From Candidatus Poriferihabitaceae bacterium (GTDB lineage: Bacteria; Pseudomonadota; Gammaproteobacteria; Arenicellales; Poriferihabitantaceae), in assembly GCA_965204165.1 (NCBI GenBank), contig OZ241969.1, positions 771,461 to 835,460 on the forward strand: a stretch of DNA of 64,000 nt. Reading direction: 5' to 3'. Below, piece after piece: positions 52,299 through 63,273 of the stretch (the first letter of the stretch is position 1; the number at the start of each line of letters is the position of its first letter). The notes beneath the pieces are model-generated. The model was not told where the DNA came from. It was given only the letters and a program-made list of their open reading frames with translations, and ran no database searches. The position numbers were made by a program, and so were the translations under genes.

Positions 52299-53919
52299 CA
52301 GCAATTCCCGCCATCATCTGTAGTCCAATAAAGACGTGGGTTTGAGGCGGTGCTGGGGGAAGGCGGTTCGCAGACTTTTCCTGAAAAGGCGGTATGATCC
52401 GTCTGATTTCACGATATCGGATGATCTGTCATGTCGAAAGCCGTGTTTCGCAAGACCCTGAGCGTTCCGGGTCTGCTTCGGGTGGTGCGTGGGCATTTTG
52501 ATCGCATTGAGGATCCCATCGTGAGCCGGGGCCTGGCACTGACGGACTGCCTGATGTCGGGTCTGGCGGTATTCGCGCTGAAGTACCCGTCGCTGCTGAG
52601 TTTCGAGCAGGACGCACGGGACGAGGGCCGGATCCGGTCGAACCTCAGGGAACTGTACGGGGTTGGCCGCGCGCCGTCGGACACGGCGATGCGCGAGCGC
52701 CTGGACCTGGTGGACCCGCGTGCGCTGCGGGGTGCCTTCAAGGGTGTGTTCGCGGCCCTTCAGCGTGGCAAGGGTCTGGAGGGTTTCACCTGGCTGGGCC
52801 ATCATCTGCTGTCGGTGGACGGGACGGGGTACTTCTCGTCGAAGAGTGTGCATTGCGACCATTGCTGCGAGAAACATCACCGTGACGGCAGCACCACCTG
52901 GTACCACCAGATGCTGGGGGCGGTACTGGTCCACCCGGAGCACCGGGAGGTGTTCCCGCTGGCGCCGGAACCGATCATGCGTTCGGACGGTTCGCGGAAG
53001 AACGACTGCGAGCGCAACGCGGCGAAGCGTCTGCTGCGTGACGTCCGTCGCGAGCATCCGCACCTGAAGCTGCTGGTGGTGGAGGATGCGCTGGCGTCGA
53101 ACGGGCCGCACATCCGGCTGCTGGGGGAACTGGACATGCGGTATGTCCTGGGCGTGAAGCCGGGGGACCATGGGGAACTGTTCCGCCGTGTCGAGGCCTC
53201 GGCGGCGACCCGTACCGTGGAGAGGTCGGAAGGGGGCGGCAGCCGTTTCCGGTTCCGGTTTCTGAACGGCGTACCGCTGAACCAGGCGAACCCCGATCTG
53301 GCAGTGAACTTCCTGGCGTGCCGGGAGACCCGCCCCGATGGCCGGGAACTGCACTTCTCCTGGGTCACGGACATGGAGGTCACGGAATCGAACGCGCATG
53401 ACCTGATGCGGGCCGGACGCGCCCGTTGGCGCATCGAGAACGAGACGTTCAACACCCTGAAGAACCAAGGCTACGGCTTCGAGCACAACTTTGGTCACGG
53501 CAAGCGGCATCTGGCGACGGTGTTCGCCCACCTGACGATGCTGGCGTTCCTCATCGACCAGGTGCAGCAGCGGTGCTGTGCGCTGTTCCGGGCGGCCCGG
53601 GAGAAGGCGGGCGGTTCGAAATACCTGTGGGTGCGGTTGCACGGGCTGTTCACGGAGTTCTACATTCCGGACTGGGAGACCCTGTACCGGGCGATCGCGT
53701 TCGGGCACCGGAAGACGGAGTTGGTGCCCTTCGACACTTCCTGACCCGGCGGCCGTGTCCGAATATGCAACGGGCCGGTTCTTCGGGGAATCATGTGGCC
53801 AGCAGACAATCCGGCACACCGCCCGGAGGGGGTTCCCTCCCCGCGTAGTCGGGGAACAGGGGCTCAAACCATGAAATCCGCCGAATCCAATCCGTGATAG
53901 AATTAGCGGGAATTGCTGG
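52299..53919 (+). mobile_element. IS4-superfamily insertion sequence (1,621 bp) inside istA of copy A
   Basis: The terminal inverted repeats are CAGCAATTCCCGC... and ...GCGGGAATTGCTG. The target TCAGCAA(C) is duplicated at 52291-52298 and 53920-53927 (7-8 bp). Confidence 0.8.
52431..53744 (+). CDS. DDE transposase (IS4 superfamily, family not resolved)
   Basis: 437 aa. Motifs: LLSVDGTGYFSS, LLVVEDALASNGPHI, RARWRIENETFNTLKNQGYGFEHNFGHG. Confidence 0.8.
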   Translation: MSKAVFRKTLSVPGLLRVVRGHFDRIEDPIVSRGLALTDCLMSGLAVFALKYPSLLSFEQDARDEGRIRSNLRELYGVGRAPSDTAMRERLDLVDPRALRGAFKGVFAALQRGKGLEGFTWLGHHLLSVDGTGYFSSKSVHCDHCCEKHHRDGSTTWYHQMLGAVLVHPEHREVFPLAPEPIMRSDGSRKNDCERNAAKRLLRDVRREHPHLKLLVVEDALASNGPHIRLLGELDMRYVLGVKPGDHGELFRRVEASAATRTVERSEGGGSRFRFRFLNGVPLNQANPDLAVNFLACRETRPDGRELHFSWVTDMEVTESNAHDLMRAGRARWRIENETFNTLKNQGYGFEHNFGHGKRHLATVFAHLTMLAFLIDQVQQRCCALFRAAREKAGGSKYLWVRLHGLFTEFYIPDWETLYRAIAFGHRKTELVPFDTS

Positions 53920-54577
53920 TCAGCAACTATCTGTTGCGGCTGGACCAGGAGGGGCTTTCGTGGCCACTTCCGGATGATCTGAACGACGCCGATCTCGAGC
54001 GGCGCCTGTTTCCACCGCCGGCGCCCCGGCGGCTGGCCCGGAAGCGAGGGGTCCCGGACTGGGTGTACATCAAAAAGGAGCTCCGGGGAAAGGGCGTGAC
54101 CCTGCAATTGCTCTGGGACGAGTACCGGGAACAGAACCCCGAGGGGTACGAGTATTCCTGGTTCTGCCGGCACTACCGCAAGTGGACCGGCAAGCTGGAT
54201 CTGGTGATGCGGCAGGACCACAAGGCGGGTGAGAAGCTGTTCGTGGACTACGCCGGCATGACGGTGGGGATCATCGACCCGTCCACGGGGGAGGAACGCC
54301 AGGCCCAGCTCTTCGTGGCGGCGCTGGGTGCGTCGGGCTACACCTATGCCGAGGTCACCTGGACCCAGGGACTGGAAGACTGGATCACCTCCCACCAGAA
54401 CTGCTTCTCCTGGATGGGTGGATGTCCCGAGATCGTCGTGCCCGACAACCTGCGGTCCGCGGTGACGAAGGCCCACCGGTACGAGCCCGAGATCAACCCC
54501 ACCTACCAGGAAATGGCGGAGCACCATGACCTGGCTGTGGTGCCTGCGCGCATCAAGCGCCCAAGGGAGAAGGCTAA

Positions 54578-56577
54578 CCCGACTTTCGCAATTCGGGGGT
54601 TTTGGAAACGTAACCTGTTGAATTGATTATACCGACCCCCCAAAGGTCGGCACTACAGGAGCCTTGTCGCCCGGTGGCGTAGCAGATCAGATTCGCAGCC
54701 GCGGAGGCGGCTGCTCCGGCAACTTCAGGCCAAGCTGATGCAGCAGGAGCTTGTGGTCCCCATCCGGCTGGGTGTAACGCGGCAGGATGAGATGATGTCC
54801 ATCGGCAGTGGGCAGGTGAACATCCACCATCCGGATGGTGGCGAACTTTTCCAGTATTTCCCGCGGAGTCAGGCCGGGGGCATGGGGCCTGGCAAGATTC
54901 TTCAGGGTGACCTGGAGGCAGTAGGCCATGAACGACAGGAAGATATGGGCCTCGATCCGTTGCTCCTTCTGATGGAACACCGGCCGGATGGCAAGGTCAT
55001 GCTTCAATTCCTTGAATGCCTGTTCGATTTCGGTGAGCCGCATGTATTGACGCCACAGTTCCGCCGGATTCCCGTCGGCCATGTTGGAGCGCAGCAGGTA
55101 GCGCCCTTCCCGGTGGAAGGTCTGCCGCAGCTTCCCGCGCCGCAGACGGTAGGTGAACGGCACCCCGGAATCACCATCCCCGATCTCCAGGTCGACGAGA
55201 TGCCAGGCCCGGCCGGCCTCCTTCTTCGCCGCACCGAGCTTCAGCAGCAGCTCGTCGCGGCTGTTGGTCTGGCGCCGCAGTTCCCCCAGACGTCCCCAGA
55301 GCTTCTTCAGGCGCCGCCGGCGCATGCCCCTCTCCTTGCTGACCCGGCCCCCGCTGCGAACCAGGATGTACAGCTCCCCGTCCGCCCGGTGCAGCTTCAC
55401 CTCCACGTTCTCCCGGACGGCCTGCCAGGGCTGGCCGAGGAACGACCGCTCCATCCGGCTCAGCCGCCCCTTCGGCGTACCCACCAGGTAGCGGATCCCG
55501 GAAGGGTCCGACCGCATCGCCTCCAGCGATTCCTCCGTCGGGATCCCACGGTCCATGATCCACACCCGCTCGGAACGGCCGTACTGATCTTCGATCCTGG
55601 CCATGAATTCCAGCAGCGTCGTCTTGTCCGAGGTGTTCCCCGGCATCACCTCGTAGGCCAGCGGAAACCCGTCCGGCGTCACGATCAGCGCAATCACCAC
55701 CTGCACGCAGTCCGGGCGCTTGTCACGGCTGTAGCCGAACCGGCGCTTGTCCTCGAACGGGGGATCGCTCTCGAAGTACGTGCTCGTCAGATCGTACAGC
55801 AGCACCTCGAAGCGCGCCTGGAACAGACTGCCCCAGCGTGTCCGCAGATACGAGAAGAACCCTCGCCGGTGGGCCTCCAGCCGGTCCAGGACCCGGTACA
55901 GCGTGTCCCGCGGAATCACCCGGTCCAGACCCAGAAGGTCACCCATCGCGCTGTCCTCGTACCAGCGCCGGTACAGCCGCCACTCGCTGCCCGGATCAAT
56001 CAGACGGTAGCACACCTGCACCTTCAGAATGTCCAGCCACCGCGTCCCCTTCCGGCTCGGCGGCAAATGCTCACCCCAGTACCCGTCCAGGTCCAGAAAA
56101 TCCCACAGCCACAGGGCCAGCCAGCACGCCCCCCACTGGCGCGAACGGTGCAACTCCAGCCTGCCCACATCCACACGGACCACCGCGCACGACATCTCCG
56201 GCGCTTCCCGGTCCTCCGGGAACAGCGCCATCTGCTGCAGACCCCGGTTCTCGGACAGCACATCGATGGTGCGGCACCACGCCGCCTTCTGGGTGCCGTT
56301 GATCTCGCCGAGATACAGAACCTGACGCTGCACCACCCGGCCGCCTCCCACCCGGGCATTCTCCACAATGCTCCAGTACCGGTGGTGCACCCCGTCCTTC
56401 CAGCGGCTCTTGCTGCGCACGAACATGACCTCCATGGTCTCTGCCGGACACCTCCGGATCAAGGCAAAAGTCGGCACTACAAGGCAACTTCAGGGGGACG
56501 GGCCAATCAATTCAAGGGATTGCATCTCAATCATCCCCAAAATCAGCCCGGATTCCGGGCGAATCGCGAAAGTCGGG
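54578..56577 (-). mobile_element. IS1634-like insertion sequence (2,000 bp) inside istA of copy A
   Basis: The terminal inverted repeats are CCCGACTTTCGCAATTCG... and ...CGAATCGCGAAAGTCGGG. CTAA is duplicated at 54574-54577 and 56578-56581. Confidence 0.8.
54687..56435 (-). CDS. IS1634-family-like DDE transposase
   Basis: Motifs: VLLYDLTSTYFE, FGYSRDKRPDCVQVV, WIMDRGIPTEE, YMRLTEIEQAFKELKHDL. Start uncertain (56435 or 56426; the track start is 56477). Confidence 0.8.
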   Translation of the reverse strand: MEVMFVRSKSRWKDGVHHRYWSIVENARVGGGRVVQRQVLYLGEINGTQKAAWCRTIDVLSENRGLQQMALFPEDREAPEMSCAVVRVDVGRLELHRSRQWGACWLALWLWDFLDLDGYWGEHLPPSRKGTRWLDILKVQVCYRLIDPGSEWRLYRRWYEDSAMGDLLGLDRVIPRDTLYRVLDRLEAHRRGFFSYLRTRWGSLFQARFEVLLYDLTSTYFESDPPFEDKRRFGYSRDKRPDCVQVVIALIVTPDGFPLAYEVMPGNTSDKTTLLEFMARIEDQYGRSERVWIMDRGIPTEESLEAMRSDPSGIRYLVGTPKGRLSRMERSFLGQPWQAVRENVEVKLHRADGELYILVRSGGRVSKERGMRRRRLKKLWGRLGELRRQTNSRDELLLKLGAAKKEAGRAWHLVDLEIGDGDSGVPFTYRLRRGKLRQTFHREGRYLLRSNMADGNPAELWRQYMRLTEIEQAFKELKHDLAIRPVFHQKEQRIEAHIFLSFMAYCLQVTLKNLARPHAPGLTPREILEKFATIRMVDVHLPTADGHHLILPRYTQPDGDHKLLLHQLGLKLPEQPPPRLRI

Positions 56578-56795
56578 CTAAGGCGGAATTGAGCGTGCTT
56601 CTGGCAGAGTGGGTATTCCACGGCAAAGTTGCCACCCATTCCACGCTGAAAGTTGCCACCGATTCCACGGCAAAGTTGCCACTCATTCCACGGTGAAAGT
56701 TGCCACTTTCACCAAGGCATACCCTCCCATCGGAGCCGAACGACGCATGATTGACAACCCGGTATGGTGCCCGCCTTTTCAACGAGGAGGCACCC

Positions 56796-58340
56796 ATGCC
56801 ACACAAGAGTCTATCCATGCGCAAAATCAAGGAAATCCTGAGGCTGAACCAGCAAGGGCTGAGCAACCGGGAAATCGGCAGGATCTGCAGGATCAGCCAC
56901 ACCACGGTCAGCAACTATCTGTTGCGGCTGGACCAGGAGGGGCTTTCGTGGCCACTTCCGGATGATCTGAACGACGCCGATCTCGAGCGGCGCCTGTTTC
57001 CACCGCCGGCGCCCCGGCGGCTGGCCCGGAAGCGAGGGGTCCCGGACTGGGTGTACATCAAAAAGGAGCTCCGGGGAAAGGGCGTGACCCTGCAATTGCT
57101 CTGGGACGAGTACCGGGAACAGAACCCCGAGGGGTACGAGTATTCCTGGTTCTGCCGGCACTACCGCAAGTGGACCGGCAAGCTGGATCTGGTGATGCGG
57201 CAGGACCACAAGGCGGGTGAGAAGCTGTTCGTGGACTACGCCGGCATGACGGTGGGGATCATCGACCCGTCCACGGGGGAGGAACGCCAGGCCCAGCTCT
57301 TCGTGGCGGCGCTGGGTGCGTCGGGCTACACCTATGCCGAGGTCACCTGGACCCAGGGACTGGAAGACTGGATCACCTCCCACCAGAACTGCTTCTCCTG
57401 GATGGGTGGATGTCCCGAGATCGTCGTGCCCGACAACCTGCGGTCCGCGGTGACGAAGGCCCACCGGTACGAGCCCGAGATCAACCCCACCTACCAGGAA
57501 ATGGCGGAGCACCATGACCTGGCTGTGGTGCCTGCGCGCATCAAGCGCCCAAGGGAGAAGGCTAAGGCGGAATTGAGCGTGCTTCTGGCAGAGCGCTGGA
57601 TTCTCGCGGTCCTGCGCAACCGGCAGTTCTTCTCCCTGCGGGAGGTCAACATCGAGATCGGGAAACTGCTGGAGAAACTCAACAACAAGCCGTTCCAGAA
57701 GCTCCCCGGCAGCCGCCGGAAACTCTTCGAGGAACTTGACAGGCCGGCCCTGAAACCGCTGCCCCGGGAGCCCTACGAGTTCGCCGAGTGGAAGAAGGTC
57801 CGCGTCCACAGCACGGACTATCACGTCGAGTTCGACAGGCACTGGTACTCCGTTCCCTGCGCACTCGTCGGGATCGAGATCGAACTCCGGGTCACCCGCA
57901 ACACCGTCGAATGCTTACACAAGGGCCAGCGGGTCGCGAGCCACCGGCGCTCCTGGCTGCGGGGCAGGCACACCACTGCCTCGGAACACATGCCCGAGAA
58001 GCACCGCAAGGTGGGCGAATGGTCCCCGGAGCGCATCGTCGCATGGGCCGGAAAGGCTGGCCCTGACACCGCGGCGCTGGTGAAGAAGATGATGGACTCA
58101 CGCCAACATCCCCAGCAGGCCTTCCGCGCCTGCCTCGGCATCATGCGCCTCGGCCAGTCCTACGGCAACGAGCGGCTCAACGCCGCCTGCAAACGGGCCC
58201 TGTACCTGAAGACCCTCAAGTACCGGAGCGTCGAGGCGATCCTCAAGAACGGACTCGACCGGAAAAAACCGGAGCCCGTCCAGGAGTCCATCCTTCCGGA
58301 TGATCACGGGAATGTCCGGGGCTCCTCCTATTACCACTGA
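56796..58340 (+). CDS. istA: IS21-family transposase IstA
   Basis: Start at MPHKSLSMRKIKEILRL, with GAGGAGG upstream. It has an HTH and a DDE core (FVDYAGMT.., VVPDNLRSAV). The track ORF starts at 56751. Confidence 0.9.
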   Translation: MPHKSLSMRKIKEILRLNQQGLSNREIGRICRISHTTVSNYLLRLDQEGLSWPLPDDLNDADLERRLFPPPAPRRLARKRGVPDWVYIKKELRGKGVTLQLLWDEYREQNPEGYEYSWFCRHYRKWTGKLDLVMRQDHKAGEKLFVDYAGMTVGIIDPSTGEERQAQLFVAALGASGYTYAEVTWTQGLEDWITSHQNCFSWMGGCPEIVVPDNLRSAVTKAHRYEPEINPTYQEMAEHHDLAVVPARIKRPREKAKAELSVLLAERWILAVLRNRQFFSLREVNIEIGKLLEKLNNKPFQKLPGSRRKLFEELDRPALKPLPREPYEFAEWKKVRVHSTDYHVEFDRHWYSVPCALVGIEIELRVTRNTVECLHKGQRVASHRRSWLRGRHTTASEHMPEKHRKVGEWSPERIVAWAGKAGPDTAALVKKMMDSRQHPQQAFRACLGIMRLGQSYGNERLNAACKRALYLKTLKYRSVEAILKNGLDRKKPEPVQESILPDDHGNVRGSSYYH

Positions 58341-58374
58341 CCACTTAAATTCAACGACAACCGGAGAAACCGAC

Positions 58375-59148
58375 ATGTTGAACCATCCCACCCTGGACAA
58401 GCTCCAGAAACTGAAACTCACCGGCATGGCCGCGGCCCTCGCCGACCAGACGAGTATATCCGACATCGACGAACTCGACTTCATGGAGCGCCTCGGGCTC
58501 CTCGTGGACCGGGAGGCCACCGAGCGGGAAGACCGCCGGCTCACCGCCCGCCTGCGGCTCGCCAGGTTCAGGCACAACGCCGCCATGGAGGATATCGACT
58601 ACCGTGCCCCCAGGGGCCTCGACAGGGGCCTGATGCAGTCACTGGCAGCCTGCCGCTGGGTCGCCGACCATCTCAACATCCTGATCACCGGACCCACCGG
58701 CGTGGGCAAGACCTGGATCGCCTGTGCGCTGGCGCAGAAAGCGTGCCGGGAGGGATACCATGCCCGGTATGTCCGTTTCCCCGCACTGCTGCGGGACCTG
58801 GCCGTCGCCAAGAGGGACGGGCGGTATCCCAAGCTGCTGTCGGCCCTCGCCAGGGTCGATGTCCTGCTGATCGACGACTGGGGCCTTGAGACCATGAACA
58901 CCGAAAACCGCCGCGACCTGCTGGAACTCCTCGAGGACCGGTACGGGGCCCGTTCCACCGTGGTGACCAGCCAGCTGCCGGTGGAGAGCTGGTACGAAGG
59001 GGTCGGCGATCCGGTCCTGGCGGACGCGATCCTCGACCGGCTGGTGCACAACGCCCATCGGATCGGCCTCAAGGGCGAGTCCATGCGGAAGAAGAAATCC
59101 GAAGCCATGATGGCCGGATCCGGAGACCCGGAGTCCGGCCCGGAATGA
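58375..59148 (+). CDS. istB: IS21-family helper ATPase IstB
   Basis: Walker A ITGPTGVGKTW and Walker B VLLIDDWG. AAA+ IstB pattern. Confidence 0.9.
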   Translation: MLNHPTLDKLQKLKLTGMAAALADQTSISDIDELDFMERLGLLVDREATEREDRRLTARLRLARFRHNAAMEDIDYRAPRGLDRGLMQSLAACRWVADHLNILITGPTGVGKTWIACALAQKACREGYHARYVRFPALLRDLAVAKRDGRYPKLLSALARVDVLLIDDWGLETMNTENRRDLLELLEDRYGARSTVVTSQLPVESWYEGVGDPVLADAILDRLVHNAHRIGLKGESMRKKKSEAMMAGSGDPESGPE

Positions 59149-59532
59149 CACCGGCAACCCGAAACGGGATCGGCGGCCGCCGCACTACCGCGCTTCGCTT
59201 GCTCTCCGCAATGCCGCGCGACAAACAAGTTTGTCGCCCGTCATCACGGACCAGGGCTGTCTTGCAGGTAAAAAAAAGCAGGTCAATAAATGACCTTGAA
59301 AAGCGAAAGGCGGTGGCGCCGGTGATCGCCGGAAACTGGAAATGCGGGGGTGCGTGGCGTAAGATTCGTCACGCACCCGCGACCGGGCGAGAGGACCTGG
59401 GTCCTTCAGCCCGATGACCGTTGCGTCGCTTCGCTCCGATGAGAAGGTGCCCTGGATGAAATGGCAACTTTGCCGTGGACTGGGTGGCAACTTTGACCGT
59501 GGAACGGGTGGCAACTTTCCGTGGAATAGCCA

Positions 59533-60048
59533 CTCAAGGCCCCAGTCGTCGATCAGCAGGACATCGACCCTGGCGAGGGCCGACAGCAGCTTGGGATACC
59601 GCCCGTCCCTCTTGGCGACGGCCAGGTCCCGCAGCAGTGCGGGGAAACGGACATACCGGGCATGGTATCCCTCCCGGCACGCTTTCTGCGCCAGCGCACA
59701 GGCGATCCAGGTCTTGCCCACGCCGGTGGGTCCGGTGATCAGGATGTTGAGATGGTCGGCGACCCAGCGGCAGGCTGCCAGTGACTGCATCAGGCCCCTG
59801 TCGAGGCCCCTGGGGGCACGGTAGTCGATATCCTCCATGGCGGCGTTGTGCCTGAACCTGGCGAGCCGCAGGCGGGCGGTGAGCCGGCGGTCTTCCCGCT
59901 CGGTGGCCTCCCGGTCCACGAGGAGCCCGAGGCGCTCCATGAAGTCGAGTTCGTCGATGTCGGATATACTCGTCTGGTCGGCGAGGGCCGCGGCCATGCC
60001 GGTGAGTTTCAGTTTCTGGAGCTTGTCCAGGGTGGGATGGTTCAACAT
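59533..60048 (-). pseudogene. istB: istB of copy C, truncated after codon ~172
   Basis: Identical to copy B istB up to DDWGLE, then IS21 right-end sequence follows. Confidence 0.85.
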
Positions 60049-60082
60049 GTCGGTTTCTCCGGTTGTCGTTGAATTTAAGTGG

Positions 60083-61627
60083 TCAGTGGTAATAGGAGGA
60101 GCCCCGGACATTCCCGTGATCATCCGGAAGGATGGACTCCTGGACGGGCTCCGGTTTTTTCCGGTCGAGTCCGTTCTTGAGGATCGCCTCGACGCTCCGG
60201 TACTTGAGGGTCTTCAGGTACAGGGCCCGTTTGCAGGCGGCGTTGAGCCGCTCGTTGCCGTAGGACTGGCCGAGGCGCATGATGCCGAGGCAGGCGCGGA
60301 AGGCCTGCTGGGGATGTTGGCGTGAGTCCATCATCTTCTTCACCAGCGCCGCGGTGTCAGGGCCAGCCTTTCCGGCCCATGCGACGATGCGCTCCGGGGA
60401 CCATTCGCCCACCTTGCGGTGCTTCTCGGGCATGTGTTCCGAGGCAGTGGTGTGCCTGCCCCGCAGCCAGGAGCGCCGGTGGCTCGCGACCCGCTGGCCC
60501 TTGTGTAAGCATTCGACGGTGTTGCGGGTGACCCGGAGTTCGATCTCGATCCCGACGAGTGCGCAGGGAACGGAGTACCAGTGCCTGTCGAACTCGACGT
60601 GATAGTCCGTGCTGTGGACGCGGACCTTCTTCCACTCGGCGAACTCGTAGGGCTCCCGGGGCAGCGGTTTCAGGGCCGGCCTGTCAAGTTCCTCGAAGAG
60701 TTTCCGGCGGCTGCCGGGGAGCTTCTGGAACGGCTTGTTGTTGAGTTTCTCCAGCAGTTTCCCGATCTCGATGTTGACCTCCCGCAGGGAGAAGAACTGC
60801 CGGTTGCGCAGGACCGCGAGAATCCAGCGCTCTGCCAGAAGCACGCTCAATTCCGCCTTAGCCTTCTCCCTTGGGCGCTTGATGCGCGCAGGCACCACAG
60901 CCAGGTCATGGTGCTCCGCCATTTCCTGGTAGGTGGGGTTGATCTCGGGCTCGTACCGGTGGGCCTTCGTCACCGCGGACCGCAGGTTGTCGGGCACGAC
61001 GATCTCGGGACATCCACCCATCCAGGAGAAGCAGTTCTGGTGGGAGGTGATCCAGTCTTCCAGTCCCTGGGTCCAGGTGACCTCGGCATAGGTGTAGCCC
61101 GACGCACCCAGCGCCGCCACGAAGAGCTGGGCCTGGCGTTCCTCCCCCGTGGACGGGTCGATGATCCCCACCGTCATGCCGGCGTAGTCCACGAACAGCT
61201 TCTCACCCGCCTTGTGGTCCTGCCGCATCACCAGATCCAGCTTGCCGGTCCACTTGCGGTAGTGCCGGCAGAACCAGGAATACTCGTACCCCTCGGGGTT
61301 CTGTTCCCGGTACTCGTCCCAGAGCAATTGCAGGGTCACGCCCTTTCCCCGGAGCTCCTTTTTGATGTACACCCAGTCCGGGACCCCTCGCTTCCGGGCC
61401 AGCCGCCGGGGCGCCGGCGGTGGAAACAGGCGCCGCTCGAGATCGGCGTCGTTCAGATCATCCGGAAGTGGCCACGAAAGCCCCTCCTGGTCCAGCCGCA
61501 ACAGATAGTTGCTGACCGTGGTGTGGCTGATCCTGCAGATCCTGCCGATTTCCCGGTTGCTCAGCCCTTGCTGGTTCAGCCTCAGGATTTCCTTGATTTT
61601 GCGCATGGATAGACTCTTGTGTGGCAT
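60083..61627 (-). CDS. istA: IS21-family transposase IstA (copy C)
   Basis: The track protein is identical to the copy B IstA. Confidence 0.9.
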   Translation of the reverse strand: MPHKSLSMRKIKEILRLNQQGLSNREIGRICRISHTTVSNYLLRLDQEGLSWPLPDDLNDADLERRLFPPPAPRRLARKRGVPDWVYIKKELRGKGVTLQLLWDEYREQNPEGYEYSWFCRHYRKWTGKLDLVMRQDHKAGEKLFVDYAGMTVGIIDPSTGEERQAQLFVAALGASGYTYAEVTWTQGLEDWITSHQNCFSWMGGCPEIVVPDNLRSAVTKAHRYEPEINPTYQEMAEHHDLAVVPARIKRPREKAKAELSVLLAERWILAVLRNRQFFSLREVNIEIGKLLEKLNNKPFQKLPGSRRKLFEELDRPALKPLPREPYEFAEWKKVRVHSTDYHVEFDRHWYSVPCALVGIEIELRVTRNTVECLHKGQRVASHRRSWLRGRHTTASEHMPEKHRKVGEWSPERIVAWAGKAGPDTAALVKKMMDSRQHPQQAFRACLGIMRLGQSYGNERLNAACKRALYLKTLKYRSVEAILKNGLDRKKPEPVQESILPDDHGNVRGSSYYH

Positions 61628-61813
61628 GGGTGCCTCCTCGTTGAAAAGGCGGGCACCATACCGGGTTGTCAATCATGCGTCGTTCGGCTCCGATGGGAGG
61701 GTATGCCTTGGTGAAAGTGGCAACTTTCACCGTGGAATGAGTGGCAACTTTGCCGTGGAATCGGTGGCAACTTTCAGCGTGGAATGGGTGGCAACTTTGC
61801 CGTGGAATACCCA

Positions 61814-62759
61814 TCATTGTCAAAAAAACGGGGCGTGGTCTGCATATGAACCTAGAATTCGGGCAGATTACGATCATGATCGATTTGGCACATGGCCTCA
61901 AGATTTACATTTTGAATTTGGAGCATTTCAGTCAAGTTTCGACAGTGAAGATGATGATACAGGCGATGGCAACCCCGATTTTCTTGCGGTACCACATTGG
62001 GTGGCCTATGAAATTCGAAGATATGGTACTCCACCATATAAGTTGCCTAAACCATCTCCTATGCGTCCCAGGCCTTGGTACGAAATACCGGCGCTAAAAT
62101 TTCTTAGCACTCGCGAGAGTATTACTCAGTTCCGAATTGACAAATCCTATTCGGGATTTGGGGTAGCACCAGGATCGCCAGCCCTCGGAAACAAGATAGT
62201 ACACCGAGGTCATTTTGCAATGAAGGTGCACGCTCAACGTTTAGGTTGGCGAGAGGCGTGTAATACACACGTGTTCATTAACGCGGCGCCTCAGCAGAAA
62301 GAATTGAATTTAGGTATATGGTTGGATCTCGAAGCATACTCCGGAGCAGCTGCGAATAAATATGGACGCGTTTGGATTGTTACAGGTCCAATCTTCGACT
62401 CAAAGAAAATAAAGTTTCTTCAGAATAAAAATACAATACCGATTGCTATCCCCACTAGGTTTTTTAAAATCATCATAAAGGAAAATCCAGAGAATAAGGT
62501 TCCAGATGTTCTAGCATTTTGGTTCAAGCAGCCAGACAGTGGATATGTGGTTTGTGGTTCAATGAAGAAGAAAGATAAATTGTTCAACTACGAACCACAT
62601 TTCACTAGCATCGCAGATATTGAGGATGCGACAGATTTACAATTTCTTCGGAACGTCTACTTCAAAAACAATAAGGAACGTCAAGCTTTCAAAAAAATTC
62701 AGACACAAGCGTTATGGCCGATCGAAGGTAAATATTTTGATGTGAATTGCACTAGATAA
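61814..62759 (+). pseudogene. DNA/RNA non-specific endonuclease (NucA/EndoG beta-beta-alpha-Me family), 5'-truncated by IS21 copy C
   Basis: VHRGHFAM (DRGH-type active site) ..NTHVFINAAPQQKELNLGIW..GRVWIVTGPIF. The reading frame is open back into the IS terminus with no native start. This segment is visibly AT-richer. Confidence 0.65.
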
Positions 62760-63273
62760 CTAAGTGAGGAGAATACGGCATTTCAGATTCGGCAAAGAAA
62801 ATCTGAACTGCTCATCGCCAGCAGCAATAAGATGGAAGGATTAAGATAATATGCTAGGCAAACTGCTAGAAAGTAGAGGAAGAAATTTTCTTGATTTGAA
62901 AGCTAAACAAGATATGACTCTCCGCGATCCGTGCACAAATCCTAAGTGTAGGGGTAGGCAAAGTGTTGGTGACGATACAGGTAGTAGAGCTGTTGAGCAC
63001 CGAAAGCGTAAATTATCGGAATTTCCCTTCATAGCTCATGTAATCAGGAGCGACTAGATTTTTTCGAAAACCCGGGTTTGCTGAACACAATCTGTGACTG
63101 GAAAAATGGCCAGGATTCTCTACGGTGAATTCTTGCTCAGGTATTCCATTCCTGCAAACAGCAAGAATGACGCTCTTTCGTTCTGCCTTACTAGCTTGTC
63201 TTGAGTGCGGAAATAATGTGTTTTGTCCAAACGTAAACTTATCCTCAACTGGTGAATTGTGTGGAGGAAAAAG

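Larger units (their letters stand above)
51993..56609 (+). mobile_element. IS21-family copy A: left end plus istA 5' part, itself carrying two other ISs and cut by IS21 copy B
   Basis: The left terminus TGGGTATTCCACGG is followed by four copies of the ~21-bp motif TTCCACGG(C/T)(A/G)AAGTTGCCAC. The istA sequence is identical to copy B where present. Confidence 0.8.
52179..56609 (+). pseudogene. istA: istA of IS21 copy A, interrupted three times (at 52298/9, 54577/8 and 56609/10)
   Basis: Comparison with intact istA (56796-58340) shows ..HTTVSN|YLLRL.., ..REKA|KAELSVLLAE| and then copy B begins. Confidence 0.8.
56610..59532 (+). mobile_element. IS21-family copy B, apparently intact (2,923 bp)
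   Basis: The left end is TGGGTATTCCACGG plus four terminal repeats. The right end has three GGTGGCAACTTT..CCGTGGA repeats and finishes ..CCGTGGAATAGCCA. It is flanked by copy A istA on the left and reversed copy C istB on the right, so there is no shared TSD. Confidence 0.85.
59533..61813 (-). mobile_element. IS21-family copy C, inverted; right part missing from mid-istB
   Basis: Mirror image of copy B: position p maps to 118423-p. The left terminus lies at 61813. istB stops at ..LLIDDWGLE, where the copy B right end abuts. Confidence 0.85.

Noticed and set aside
52314-56696. ORFs 52314-54527 (-, 737 aa) and 54738-56696 (+, 652 aa)
   Set aside because: They run antisense through transposase genes and across IS boundaries defined by inverted repeats and TSDs, so they cannot be native genes.
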